A stretch of 48,818 nucleotides of DNA, from positions 1 to 48,818 of the IMG/VR virus record IMGVR_UViG_3300028832_000018. One strand, 5' to 3'. Source of the stretch: a virus. The position numbers and the translations under genes were made by a program. The notes below the pieces were generated by a model, which made no database searches, had not been told where the DNA came from, and saw only the letters and a list, made by a program, of their open reading frames with translations. Positions 28,019 to 37,168 of this stretch are shown here, piece after piece (the stretch's first letter is position 1; each line of letters opens with the position of its first letter).

Positions 28019-28226
28019 AACAAGATTAAGAGAATTTATAAATGATGACGAATGTTATCAAAAATATAAAAAGAATAAATCTAAAAAACTAAATGAATAT
28101 GAAGAATATTTTGTTAGACATTGTAAAGATATAGAAGAAAGTTTAAAATATATAGAAGAATTAGAAAATTTTGCTCTATGGGTTGGTAGAATGTTTGATA
28201 AAAAGAATATTGACAAAAACAATTAA
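28002..28226 (+). CDS. hypothetical protein
   Basis: Overlaps the organizer 3' end. Weak RBS. Confidence 0.45.
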   Translation: MESKIKTRLREFINDDECYQKYKKNKSKKLNEYEEYFVRHCKDIEESLKYIEELENFALWVGRMFDKKNIDKNN

Positions 28227-28238
28227 AAGTGATATTAT
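28210..28238 (+). promoter_or_regulatory. sigma-A type promoter (TRTG -16 element)
   Basis: ttgaca (28210-28215), 17-nt spacer ending aagtga, tattat (28233-28238). Confidence 0.6.
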
Positions 28239-28245
28239 TTTGATA

Positions 28246-28332
28246 GTGAGGTAAGACAGCAATGAAAGTACATCGTATCTAGGAATAGATTAGTCTTATC
28301 TCACAATAAAACTATTTTATCTATTCTTAGAT
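28246..28332 (+). promoter_or_regulatory. Structured leader with two ATCTA-N4-TAGAT palindromes
   Basis: 12-bp helix gtgaggtaagac (28246-57)/gtcttatctcac (28293-304). Palindromes at 28277-28290 and 28319-28332, 42 bp apart. Confidence 0.45.
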
Positions 28333-28361
28333 AAGGTGTATTTTTGTTATTAGGAGGAAAT

Positions 28362-29177
28362 ATGGAAGAAAATAATCAATTAATAGTTTTGGAACAACTA
28401 CCTATTATTAAAGCAACATTAGAAAATCTATCTATTGAAATAAAAGAAAAAGTAGATAAAGCAAATAATTTGGTATGTAATGATGAAACTGTTAAGACAG
28501 TAAAACAAGTAAGAGCAGATTTAAACAAAGAATTTAATGAACTTGAAACTCAAAGAAAGCAAGTAAAGTCTGCAATTATGGCAAAGTATGATGAATTTGA
28601 AGAAATTTATAAAGAAAATGTAAGCAATCTTTATAAAGAAGCAGATGCTACATTAAAAGAAAAAATTGATAATGTAGAAAATGAATTAAAATTAGAAAAA
28701 GAAGAAGAACTTAGAGAGTTTGCTAATCAACATATAGAAGCAAATAAACTAAAGGACTTAATTCAATATGAAGATATTGGTTTAAATATTACTTTAAGTG
28801 CTAGTATGAAGTCTTTAAAAGAACAAGTTATAAAATATATCGAAGATGTATTGAATGACTTAAAATTAATAGAATTAGAAGAATTTAAGGATGAAATATT
28901 AGTTGAATACAAAAATAATAAAGATTTTACAAAATCAAAGATAGATGTTATAACTAGACATAAACAATTAGAAGAATTACAACAAAAACAAAAAGAAGTT
29001 CAACTACAAATAGACGAAGAAAATAAAATAGTTGAAAAGGTGGAAGAAATAATTGCTCCTAAAGAAATTATAGAAGACGAAGAAATTATAGAAGTTTCAT
29101 TTACTGTCAGAGGTAAGGTTTCTAAAATAAAAGAATTAAAAAAATGGTTAAAGGAGAGTGAATTAGAATATGAGTAA
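28362..29177 (+). CDS. DUF1351-like protein (RecT-associated)
   Basis: Start at ATG 28362 behind aggagg. Coiled-coil N-terminus LEQLPIIKATLENLSIEIKEKV. Lies directly upstream of recT, as is typical of DUF1351. Confidence 0.5.
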   Translation: MEENNQLIVLEQLPIIKATLENLSIEIKEKVDKANNLVCNDETVKTVKQVRADLNKEFNELETQRKQVKSAIMAKYDEFEEIYKENVSNLYKEADATLKEKIDNVENELKLEKEEELREFANQHIEANKLKDLIQYEDIGLNITLSASMKSLKEQVIKYIEDVLNDLKLIELEEFKDEILVEYKNNKDFTKSKIDVITRHKQLEELQQKQKEVQLQIDEENKIVEKVEEIIAPKEIIEDEEIIEVSFTVRGKVSKIKELKKWLKESELEYE

Positions 29178-30006
29178 TGAAATAACAAAAACAAATGTAA
29201 GTAGTAAAATGGGTTTTACAACCTATATGACAGCGCCTAGTATTAAAAAGAAAATTGATGAAATAATAGGTGATGAAAAAAGTGGAAAAAGATTTGTTAG
29301 TGCTATAGTTAGTGCAGTAAATAATAATCCACAATTAAAAGAATGTGCTAATGATAGTATATTAAGTGGTGCATTACTTGGAGAAAGTTTAAATTTAAGC
29401 CCTTCTCCACAATTAGGACAATATTATTTAGTGCCATTTAATGATAAAACAAGAGGACAAGTTGCAACATTCCAATTAGGATATAAAGGATATATTCAAT
29501 TAGCAATCCGTTCTGGGCAATATAAGAAACTTAATGTTCTTGCTATTAAAGAAGGAGAATTAATTAAATATGACCCATTAAATGAAGAAATAGAGGTTAA
29601 TTTAATTGAAGATGAAGAAGAAAGAGAAAAAGCAAAAACTATTGGATATTATGCAATGTTTGAATATGTTAATGGTTTTAGAAAGACTATGTATTGGTCT
29701 AAAAAGAAAATGGAAGCCCACGCTCTACAATATTCAATGGGATATAGAGCAAAGAAGGGTTATACATTCTGGGAAAAAGATTTTGATGCAATGGCATTTA
29801 AAACAATGCTTAGACAATTAATTTCTAAATGGGGAATTATGAGTATAGAAATGCAAACTGCTTTTGAAGGAGATATGGCTGTTATCAACGAAGATGGGAC
29901 AAAACAATATGTAGATAATGAAGATTCACAATCAAATACAATAAAAGCAGAATTTGTAGAAGAAGAAAAAGAAACTAAAAAAGTTAGTTTAGAAGATTTA
30001 GATTAG
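29170..30006 (+). CDS. recT: RecT-family single-strand annealing recombinase
   Basis: QLGQYYLVPF...ATFQLGYKGYIQLAIRSGQYK...GYYAMFE..GF. Confidence 0.8.
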   Translation: MSNEITKTNVSSKMGFTTYMTAPSIKKKIDEIIGDEKSGKRFVSAIVSAVNNNPQLKECANDSILSGALLGESLNLSPSPQLGQYYLVPFNDKTRGQVATFQLGYKGYIQLAIRSGQYKKLNVLAIKEGELIKYDPLNEEIEVNLIEDEEEREKAKTIGYYAMFEYVNGFRKTMYWSKKKMEAHALQYSMGYRAKKGYTFWEKDFDAMAFKTMLRQLISKWGIMSIEMQTAFEGDMAVINEDGTKQYVDNEDSQSNTIKAEFVEEEKETKKVSLEDLD

Positions 30007-30019
30007 GGAGAGATATTTT

Positions 30020-30775
30020 ATGAAAAGTTTAGAAAAAGAAATTAAAATAACAGTATTAATATTATTTGCAATAATTACATTGCTTTCAAGTTTTAAAACA
30101 GTTAAATCAGGGGAAATAGGGTTAAGAGTTAGATTTGGTAAAATTGCAGAAAGCACATTACACGAAGGAGTTAATTTTAGAATACCTTATATTGAAAAAA
30201 TTAAAAAGGTAAATATTAAAGTACAAAAAAGTGAAGAAACTGTTGAAAGTTCGACAAAAGATATGCAAATTATAAATACAACAGTTGCAGTAAATTATAG
30301 AATTAAAACTGATAAAGCAAGTAGTTTATATAAAAATGTAGGTAATAATTATGAGGATGTAATATTACAACCAAGCATAAAAGAAAGTATTAAAACTGCT
30401 ATTGCAAAATATAATGCAGAAGAAATTACTACAAAAAGAAATGAAGTATCAAGCGAATGTTTAAAAGCAATACAAAATAAAGTTGAAAAATATGGAATAG
30501 TAATTGAAGATTTTAATTTAACTAATTTTAGTTTTAGCCAAGAATATACAAAAGCAATAGAAGAAAAACAAGTTGCTGAACAAAAACTAGAAAAAGCAAG
30601 ACTAGAAGCAGAACAAAAAGTAGTAGAAGCAGAAGCAACAAGAAAAGCAAATGAATTATTAAATCAAACAATTACTGATAAAACACTAGCAGAAAAATTT
30701 CTTGAAAAATGGGATGGTAAATTACCTGAAACTTATGCAGGAGATGACATCTTAAAAATGTTTAATTTAAAATAA
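30020..30775 (+). CDS. SPFH/Band-7 (prohibitin-like) membrane protein
   Basis: N-terminal TM, then VKSGEIGLRVRFGKI, TKDMQIINTTVAVNYRI and a C-terminal coiled coil EEKQVAEQKLEKARLEAEQK. Confidence 0.75.
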   Translation: MKSLEKEIKITVLILFAIITLLSSFKTVKSGEIGLRVRFGKIAESTLHEGVNFRIPYIEKIKKVNIKVQKSEETVESSTKDMQIINTTVAVNYRIKTDKASSLYKNVGNNYEDVILQPSIKESIKTAIAKYNAEEITTKRNEVSSECLKAIQNKVEKYGIVIEDFNLTNFSFSQEYTKAIEEKQVAEQKLEKARLEAEQKVVEAEATRKANELLNQTITDKTLAEKFLEKWDGKLPETYAGDDILKMFNLK

Positions 30776-30776
30776 T

Positions 30777-31442
30777 ATGAAGTATGAAATTATAGGTTCA
30801 AGCAGTGAAGGAAATTGTGTTATAGTAGAAGATGTATTAATGCTTGATTGTGGATTAAGATACACTAAAATTAAAAGTTATTTATCAAAAATAAAATTAA
30901 TATTTATAAGTCATTCACATCAAGACCATCTTCTACCATCTACAATTAAAAAAATAACATATAACTATCCTACAATTAAGTTTTTAACAGGTAGTGAAGT
31001 AGTGGTAAATAAATTAGTTGAATGTGGAGTTGATAAAAAAAATATATATATCCTAGAAAGTGGTAAAAAATACGATTTAGGATTACTTAAAGTAAAATTA
31101 GAAGAATTATATCACGACACACCAAATTATGCCCTTAAATGGCAAATAAATGATAAAAAAGGCATATATGCAGTAGATACTAATAGAATAGACCATATTG
31201 AAGCAAAAAAATATGATTTATATTTAATAGAAAGTAACTATGTTACTGAATTATTAAATAAACATATTCAAGAATGTAAAGATAATAATGATGATGAAAA
31301 CAAATTGTACTACTTAAATAGGGTAAAAAGTACGCATTTATCTTACGAAAATTGCACAGATTTTTTATTAAATAATATGGAAGATAATAGTGAATTTGTA
31401 AGAATTCATAAAAGTTCATTTAATTATGAAGATGTTGATTAG
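30777..31442 (+). CDS. MBL-fold metallo-hydrolase
   Basis: ISHSHQDH (HxHxDH) after GSSSEGNCVIVE. Confidence 0.7.
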   Translation: MKYEIIGSSSEGNCVIVEDVLMLDCGLRYTKIKSYLSKIKLIFISHSHQDHLLPSTIKKITYNYPTIKFLTGSEVVVNKLVECGVDKKNIYILESGKKYDLGLLKVKLEELYHDTPNYALKWQINDKKGIYAVDTNRIDHIEAKKYDLYLIESNYVTELLNKHIQECKDNNDDENKLYYLNRVKSTHLSYENCTDFLLNNMEDNSEFVRIHKSSFNYEDVD

Positions 31443-31452
31443 GAGGAATAAA

Positions 31453-31734
31453 ATGTTTAAAGGTAGAAAATATTATAAAAATTTATATGAAAATGAATTA
31501 GAAAACAGAAAATTATTAATTCGCCAAAATAGTGAATTATCTTCTGATAGAATTAAATCAGATGTGGAAAATCAAAAATTAAAGAAAGAAATTGTTCATC
31601 TAAAATTTGAATTAGAAGATATAAAAGGTTTTTTAGCACAAGAAACTGAAGCAAAAGAAGTTCTTTTAAAAGAAAGAAAAAAACTAAGAACAATGATTAC
31701 TAAACTTGGTGGTGACTGGAAAAATGAAAAATAA
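31453..31734 (+). CDS. hypothetical coiled-coil protein
   Basis: ATG 31453 behind aggagg. Confidence 0.5.
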   Translation: MFKGRKYYKNLYENELENRKLLIRQNSELSSDRIKSDVENQKLKKEIVHLKFELEDIKGFLAQETEAKEVLLKERKKLRTMITKLGGDWKNEK

Positions 31735-31906
31735 CAATGGAAATGGTGGAATAGGTTTTGTAGGATTATTAACTATAGTATTTATGGTTTTAAAATTATG
31801 CAAGATTATTAAATGGAGTTGGGTTTGGGTTTTATCTCCAATATGGATTAGTTTTTTACTTATATTATTAGTAATATTTATAATAACAATAAAAAGTAGC
31901 AAATAG
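31724..31906 (+). CDS. small membrane protein
   Basis: Two hydrophobic segments (GFVGLLTIVFMVL and ISFLLILLVIFIITI). ATG 31724 overlaps the upstream 3' end. Confidence 0.5.
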   Translation: MKNNNGNGGIGFVGLLTIVFMVLKLCKIIKWSWVWVLSPIWISFLLILLVIFIITIKSSK

Positions 31907-31915
31907 GAGAAAGTT

Positions 31916-32134
31916 ATGGAAAATAAAAAATATTATACAAATAGTAAAGGCGAAAAAGTTGAAGTATCAACTTTAGAAACAACTCATTTAAAAAATGCAA
32001 TGACTAAAAAAATGGAAGACCTATTTTATGTTGAAAGTAAAGATGAGTTTTCTAAAAAATTAGAAGAGGTAAATAATCTAAAAGAAGAATATTATAAACG
32101 AATAAACCAATTTTATGAGAAACTAGGTGATTAA
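31916..32134 (+). CDS. hypothetical protein
   Basis: RBS aggaga. No recognisable motif. Confidence 0.5.
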   Translation: MENKKYYTNSKGEKVEVSTLETTHLKNAMTKKMEDLFYVESKDEFSKKLEEVNNLKEEYYKRINQFYEKLGD

Positions 32135-32135
32135 T

Positions 32136-32525
32136 ATGCAAGAAGAAAGAAAACAATTTGGTTTTCATAAATTAGAAGTAGGACAAAAAATTAGAGTATT
32201 TAAAACAACTTGGAACGACCAAAATTATTATAAATTTCAAGTAGTACAAAATAATTATGACAAAACTAAATCAAAATTTTATATTATGTTACAATTTAAA
32301 AAAGGTGTAGATGTTCCCAATGAGCAAGATATAATAGTACATCAATTTGTAGAAAATTTAAGAGAAAATAAAAATGATAAATACAACCCTATTCATTATT
32401 ATCAAATAATAGATTTTGAAGAAGTAGAAAGTCAAGAGCAAATCCAAAGAGATGCTTTTGATGAATATAGAGAAAACCTTGATGAATTAGACCAAGTTAA
32501 TATAGATGATTCATTTTTAGATTAG
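32136..32525 (+). CDS. hypothetical protein with acidic C-terminal tail
   Basis: ATG 32136 behind aggtga. The C-terminus DELDQVNIDDSFLD is reminiscent of SSB tails, but no OB-fold motif was recognised. Confidence 0.5.
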   Translation: MQEERKQFGFHKLEVGQKIRVFKTTWNDQNYYKFQVVQNNYDKTKSKFYIMLQFKKGVDVPNEQDIIVHQFVENLRENKNDKYNPIHYYQIIDFEEVESQEQIQRDAFDEYRENLDELDQVNIDDSFLD

Positions 32526-32541
32526 ACAAGGTGGTGATAAA

Positions 32542-32796
32542 ATGATAGCATTTTTAACAGGAGTATTCAAATTACTTTTATTAGTTTTTGGTATTATGTT
32601 ATTAGGAGCGTTAATAGCAAGTTTAATAGCAGAACCTTTTAAAAAAAGAAAGCAAAAAGAAGCGATGAAAGAATTTGCTGAAGCGCTAGAAAAAATAACT
32701 AAGGAATGTATTGAAGAATTAGAAAAAGAACAAGAAGAAAAAAAGAAAAGTACTAAAAAAACAACAAAATCAGTTAAAAAGAGTAAAGAAAAATAA
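32542..32796 (+). CDS. small membrane protein with Lys-rich tail
   Basis: N-terminal TM LLLLVFGIMLLGALIASLIA. Confidence 0.5.
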   Translation: MIAFLTGVFKLLLLVFGIMLLGALIASLIAEPFKKRKQKEAMKEFAEALEKITKECIEELEKEQEEKKKSTKKTTKSVKKSKEK

Positions 32797-32814
32797 AAAC
32801 TTTACTCTTTTTTA
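32780..32814 (+). terminator. Rho-independent terminator
   Basis: 9-bp stem agagtaaag/ctttactct, then a T-tract. Confidence 0.7.
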
Positions 32815-32823
32815 TATGATGTA

Positions 32824-32852
32824 TTGACAATATCTCTAAAATGTGATATTAT
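32824..32852 (+). promoter_or_regulatory. sigma-A type promoter dedicated to the recombinase
   Basis: ttgaca (32824-32829), 17-nt spacer ending atgtga, tattat (32847-32852). Confidence 0.6.
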
Positions 32853-32877
32853 GTTTATAGTGAGGGAGATGAAACTA

Positions 32878-33792
32878 ATGGAAAAAATGGAATTACAAAC
32901 AAATAATGAATTAACACTAGAAAAGTTAAACTCTTATGAAGAAAGTTTTATAGACTATTTAGATGTTGATGATTTAACATTAAGGGCTTACAAGTGTGGA
33001 ATTAATTCTTTTATGAATTATTTAAAAGAAAATAACATTAAAAACCCTTCTAGAAATGATATTATAGCCTTTAGAGATATGTTAAGAGAAAATTATAGTA
33101 GTAATACTACAAATTCATATATGATTGCTGTAAGGGCTTTATTTAAGTATTTAGAGATACATAAATTATATGAAAACATTTGTGTAGATATAAAAGGCGC
33201 TAAATACTCTACAACTCCTAAAAAACAAGTATTAACAATAGAACAAGCAAGAGAAATATATAATAATTTAACGGATTTAAGAGAAAAATGTCTTTTTGGT
33301 TTATTAATTACCACAGGATTACGAGGAGTAGAGGTTGCAAAAGCAAAAATAGAAGACATTAAAGAATATAACGGAGAAATAGTTTTATGGGTACAATGTA
33401 AAAAACACGATGATAAAGATGAATTCGTAAAATTATCTCCACAAGTAATACAAGATATTAAAAATTACATAGGAGATAGAGAAACAGGATATATATTTGT
33501 TTCTACTAGCCACAATAACAATGGTAACGGAGTTACAACAAAGACATTAAGATTACTAATAAAAAATATATTTAAAAGATTCGGACTAGATGATGATACA
33601 TTTAGCCTTCACTCAACAAGAAGAAGTAGTGCAACAATAATGTACGAAAATGGAGCAGATTTATACTCTATACAACAAGTTTTACACCACAAATCAAGTG
33701 CTACAACAACAAGATATATTAATGCAGTAACAAGAAATAATAATAAGAATGAATATATAGTATCTGATACTATATTAGGAGGTAAAAAATGA
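32878..33792 (+). CDS. tyrosine recombinase/integrase (XerC/D-like)
   Basis: TGLRGVEV (Arg I), LHSTRRSSAT (HxxR), LHHKSSATTTRYI (His...Tyr). The ORF-track start 32824 is the promoter -35, so the start is set at ATG 32878. Confidence 0.8.
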   Translation: MEKMELQTNNELTLEKLNSYEESFIDYLDVDDLTLRAYKCGINSFMNYLKENNIKNPSRNDIIAFRDMLRENYSSNTTNSYMIAVRALFKYLEIHKLYENICVDIKGAKYSTTPKKQVLTIEQAREIYNNLTDLREKCLFGLLITTGLRGVEVAKAKIEDIKEYNGEIVLWVQCKKHDDKDEFVKLSPQVIQDIKNYIGDRETGYIFVSTSHNNNGNGVTTKTLRLLIKNIFKRFGLDDDTFSLHSTRRSSATIMYENGADLYSIQQVLHHKSSATTTRYINAVTRNNNKNEYIVSDTILGGKK

Positions 33793-34544
33793 ATATAAGT
33801 GATTTTTTAAAAAATAATAAATATATTAAAAATATGAATGAATATGTCAAAAAAAACAATATTATTAATTATGGTTTTGAAGAAGAAATTGATGAATTAG
33901 TTAGGGGACTTTGTAGACTTAAAAAGAGTAATGTTTTACTTCTTGGCAAGGCAGGAGTAGGTAAAACGGCAGTAGTAGAAAAATTATGTCAATTAATAAA
34001 TGATAAAAAAGTACCCTCATTTATGCAAAATAAAACAGTATTAGAGATGTCTTTAAATGGTGCTGTTGCAGGAACACAATATAGAGGACAACTAGAAGAA
34101 AGAATTGAAGAAGTTCTTAATTTTGCATCTAACAACAAAAATATAATTATATTTATTGACGAAATACATAATATATTAAAGGCTAATTCTAGTAATGGTG
34201 AAAATATAAGTGTTGGTGATATGTTGAAACCTTATATGGCAAGAAGCGATGTTTCTCTAATTGGTGCTACAACAAATGAAGAATATAAAATGAGTATTGC
34301 AAGAAATTCAGCAATGGATAGAAGATTTTTAAAATTAAATATAAATGAACCGGATAAAACGCAAACAATAAAAATATTAGAGTCTTGTAAAACAAAATAC
34401 CAAGAACATTATGGAATTAAATTAAGTAAAAAAGATATACTAAATGTAGTAAACAAAGCGCAAAAACAAAAAGGTACTTTTCCTGATAAAGCATTTGATG
34501 AATTGGAAAATTACTGTTATATAAAATCTAATAAAGGAGAGTAA
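33789..34544 (+). CDS. stand-alone AAA+ ATPase resembling the ClpA/ClpB D1 module
   Basis: LLGKAGVGKTAVVEKL, GTQYRGQLEER, IIFIDEIHNI, LIGATTNEEY, DRRF. Collinear with Clp D1. Confidence 0.75.
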   Translation: MNISDFLKNNKYIKNMNEYVKKNNIINYGFEEEIDELVRGLCRLKKSNVLLLGKAGVGKTAVVEKLCQLINDKKVPSFMQNKTVLEMSLNGAVAGTQYRGQLEERIEEVLNFASNNKNIIIFIDEIHNILKANSSNGENISVGDMLKPYMARSDVSLIGATTNEEYKMSIARNSAMDRRFLKLNINEPDKTQTIKILESCKTKYQEHYGIKLSKKDILNVVNKAQKQKGTFPDKAFDELENYCYIKSNKGE

Positions 34545-34545
34545 T

Positions 34546-34854
34546 ATGAATTTAGCAACAAATTGTAAAAACTGTGGTGCTGTTATGCAATATAGCAGAC
34601 AATATTATGGAAAAATGTATAAATGCCCTTATTGTGGAACTGAACATCATATAGATTTGCTAGGCAGAATCGAAGATTACAAAATGAGTTTTATGTGGAT
34701 GGGGCATATATTTGAAGTATATTTATCAAGTGTAGAATGTCAACCAATATTTCTTGACACTTGTACCATTGAAGGAAAATTTACTTCACATAAAATAGCA
34801 GATAATTATACATTTGAATTTATAGGTAATTTAAGAGATAAGGAGGATAAATAA
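34546..34854 (+). CDS. zinc-ribbon protein
   Basis: CKNCGAVM...CPYCGTEH. Confidence 0.6.
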   Translation: MNLATNCKNCGAVMQYSRQYYGKMYKCPYCGTEHHIDLLGRIEDYKMSFMWMGHIFEVYLSSVECQPIFLDTCTIEGKFTSHKIADNYTFEFIGNLRDKEDK

Positions 34855-34855
34855 T

Positions 34856-35422
34856 ATGACAATTAAAGAATTGGAAAAATATGTAAATTGGTATATAAAA
34901 AGATACAAATTAAACGAGAAAAAGATGAGGTATGATGAAACTACTGAAAAAGTAGTGGAATTAATTGTAAGAAAAACAAGTTTTGTTAGATGGTATGAAC
35001 AAGGCGAAATTAGATTAAAACCTAATATTGGAAACATAGATTTGCAATATGAAGATATAGGATTTTGCAATTATAAATTTTTAATGGAAATAAAAGTTAA
35101 GAGAAAAAAACACATCAACAAGTATAGTTTATGGAACACTATTGAAGGATATTCTCTTAGAGAAATTGAAATAATAAATAATATAGATGGCGTAGAAACA
35201 ACCGAAGATTTGGTAAAATATGTAGAGAATATAAAAAATGAACACAAAAATAAAAATTTATTGTGCGCACAAGAGTTTATAAAATTTTTAAATAATACAG
35301 GTGTTACACTTAAAACATTTAAAGAAATACAACAAGAATGGAGATGGCTAAATGGAGAACAGCAAGACATTGTTGAAGAGTTGTTAGAAGGAGATACAAA
35401 AAATGAAACAAGAAATATTTAA
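34856..35422 (+). CDS. hypothetical protein
   Basis: Tightly coupled to its neighbours. No recognisable motif. Confidence 0.55.
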   Translation: MTIKELEKYVNWYIKRYKLNEKKMRYDETTEKVVELIVRKTSFVRWYEQGEIRLKPNIGNIDLQYEDIGFCNYKFLMEIKVKRKKHINKYSLWNTIEGYSLREIEIINNIDGVETTEDLVKYVENIKNEHKNKNLLCAQEFIKFLNNTGVTLKTFKEIQQEWRWLNGEQQDIVEELLEGDTKNETRNI

Positions 35423-36284
35423 ACAACTATCTAATTACAAAAAAATATTAGAGGATAAAGGATATAATGTAATTTATATTGGATTATATGGTAGCCAAAA
35501 CTACAATTTAGACGATGAAGAAAGTGATATAGATGTTAAAGCAATTATTATGCCATCACTACACGATATAATCTTTAGAAAAGTAACAAGCACAACGGTT
35601 GAATGTGAAAATGGTAATATAGATGTCAAAGACTTATTAACATTCTATGATGTAATTAAAAAAGGTAACTTTAGTTATATAGAGGCAATTAATACTGAAT
35701 ACTCAATAGGAGATAAATACATAAAAGATTTATTTAAAAAATTTAAACCAAACCTTAAAAGTATGTTAGGTGCTATGCGCGAAAAGAGAAAAGCATTGAC
35801 GCACGAATATCCTAGCAAAGTAAAAGAGTTTGAAAAATGGGGATTTGACCCAAAACAATATCATCATATATGTAGACTATATGACTTGTTGTTTTACAAT
35901 CAAAGAAATTGTTATTGTCATAGTTTTATAAAGTATGAGGATGACGATGCTGAAAGAATTAAGTTGATTGCATTAAAAAGAAATAAAAACAAATTATCTA
36001 AAAACTTTGTAGAATTTGATAGTGATAATATTATTGAACAAGCAAAAAAATTAATTCCTGAAGGATATGTTTATGAACCTACAAATGTAGATGATGAAAT
36101 AAACAAATATATCGAAGATAAAATTAAAATAGAAGTAAGAAATACCGAAACAAGTTATGCAAGAGAATTAAGAACTTTTGATTCGCAAATACCAAAAAGT
36201 GATTTAAAAAAATTTCCAATTTTAGAAGAATACAAAGGTCAAGATATATCTTACATAGTATATGAAAGTATAGAGATATTATAG
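35403..36284 (+). CDS. Pol-beta superfamily nucleotidyltransferase (RlaP-like)
   Basis: IGLYGSQNYNLDDEESDIDVKAI (GS...DxD) and downstream KQYHHICRLYDLL, as in the predicted-nucleotidyltransferase family linked to RNA repair loci. Confidence 0.55.
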   Translation: MKQEIFKQLSNYKKILEDKGYNVIYIGLYGSQNYNLDDEESDIDVKAIIMPSLHDIIFRKVTSTTVECENGNIDVKDLLTFYDVIKKGNFSYIEAINTEYSIGDKYIKDLFKKFKPNLKSMLGAMREKRKALTHEYPSKVKEFEKWGFDPKQYHHICRLYDLLFYNQRNCYCHSFIKYEDDDAERIKLIALKRNKNKLSKNFVEFDSDNIIEQAKKLIPEGYVYEPTNVDDEINKYIEDKIKIEVRNTETSYARELRTFDSQIPKSDLKKFPILEEYKGQDISYIVYESIEIL

Positions 36285-36313
36285 AATTATTAGAAAGTGA
36301 AGTGAATTAGATT

Positions 36314-36613
36314 ATGAAAGTAATAGATTTATTAAATAAAATAGCAAATGGTGAAATAGATAGAAATAATAAATATCATTTTTCAAGTTATGATTATTGT
36401 ACTATTAATGAATTCTTTAATAGATACATATTAGATGAAGAAAATTTGAATTCAGAAATATTAGAATTTAAAGAAGAAAAGAAAATACCTGAAAAATTAG
36501 ATGAGTATGCTGATGTAAGTGGTGATTTAGCTTGTGGATGGAGTTTTGCCGAAAAAAAATTAAAAGATAAAATCAATGAAATAATAGATTATCTTAAAAG
36601 CAAAGGAGATTAA
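36314..36613 (+). CDS. hypothetical protein
   Basis: ORF-track ORF. No recognisable motif. Confidence 0.5.
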   Translation: MKVIDLLNKIANGEIDRNNKYHFSSYDYCTINEFFNRYILDEENLNSEILEFKEEKKIPEKLDEYADVSGDLACGWSFAEKKLKDKINEIIDYLKSKGD

Positions 36614-36619
36614 ATAGAT

Positions 36620-36865
36620 ATGTTAAAAATAAAAGATAATGTAGATTTAAAAGAATTAGAAAAGTATGGTTTTCATCAAGGAAATTATTATGATAACGAA
36701 CCTTGCTGGTACTATAACAAAACTGGTGATTTAGCAGGTTATGATGACATTGAAATAAATGAAGATAGAAAAATATATTTAGGCTTTGAACCATCACCAT
36801 ATTTTATTGAAAATTGTTTATATGACCTAATAAAAGCAGATTTAGTAGAAAAGGTAGGTGAGTAA
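36620..36865 (+). CDS. hypothetical protein
   Basis: ORF-track ORF. No recognisable motif. Confidence 0.5.
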   Translation: MLKIKDNVDLKELEKYGFHQGNYYDNEPCWYYNKTGDLAGYDDIEINEDRKIYLGFEPSPYFIENCLYDLIKADLVEKVGE

Positions 36866-36866
36866 A

Positions 36867-37016
36867 ATGAAAGAAAATGTATGTACAATAAAAGTCAATG
36901 ATGAAAATAAAGATAATATTTTAGAAGTTCTAAAAAATATAAAAGAATTAAACAAATTAGCAATAAATGAAATAGCAAAAGATGTAAAAAAGAAAAAAGA
37001 AAGCAAAGGTGAGTAA
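36867..37016 (+). CDS. 49-aa hypothetical protein
   Basis: ATG 36867 (2 nt after the upstream stop) to TAA 37014-37016, read by eye. Confidence 0.35.
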   Translation: MKENVCTIKVNDENKDNILEVLKNIKELNKLAINEIAKDVKKKKESKGE

Positions 37017-37018
37017 TA

Positions 37019-37159
37019 ATGTATAGAGATACAAAAGAAATAACAATAACTGCTGTTATAAAATATGAATATGATAGTGAGTTAGAAAAAATAAAAGAAA
37101 TTATAAAACAAATAATAGATTTAAAAGAAATTAAAGAAATTGAAATCAAAGAGAAGTAG
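37019..37159 (+). CDS. 46-aa hypothetical protein
   Basis: ATG 37019 to TAG 37157-37159, read by eye. Fills an otherwise empty gap. Confidence 0.35.
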   Translation: MYRDTKEITITAVIKYEYDSELEKIKEIIKQIIDLKEIKEIEIKEK

Positions 37160-37168
37160 GTGATTATT

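Noticed and set aside
29606-29821. 71-aa plus-strand ORF nested in recT, and 40439..40639 nested in the basic-protein gene
   Set aside because: These are alternative-frame ORFs inside better-supported genes. They have no RBS and Lys-rich low-complexity translations.
30777-31442. The MBL-fold hydrolase as a tRNase Z/RNase J-type RNA processing enzyme tied to the tRNA island
   Set aside because: Only the generic HxHxDH motif is visible. Its position next to RecT and DUF1351 fits the common phage recombination-associated MBL protein. The RNA role is unsupported.
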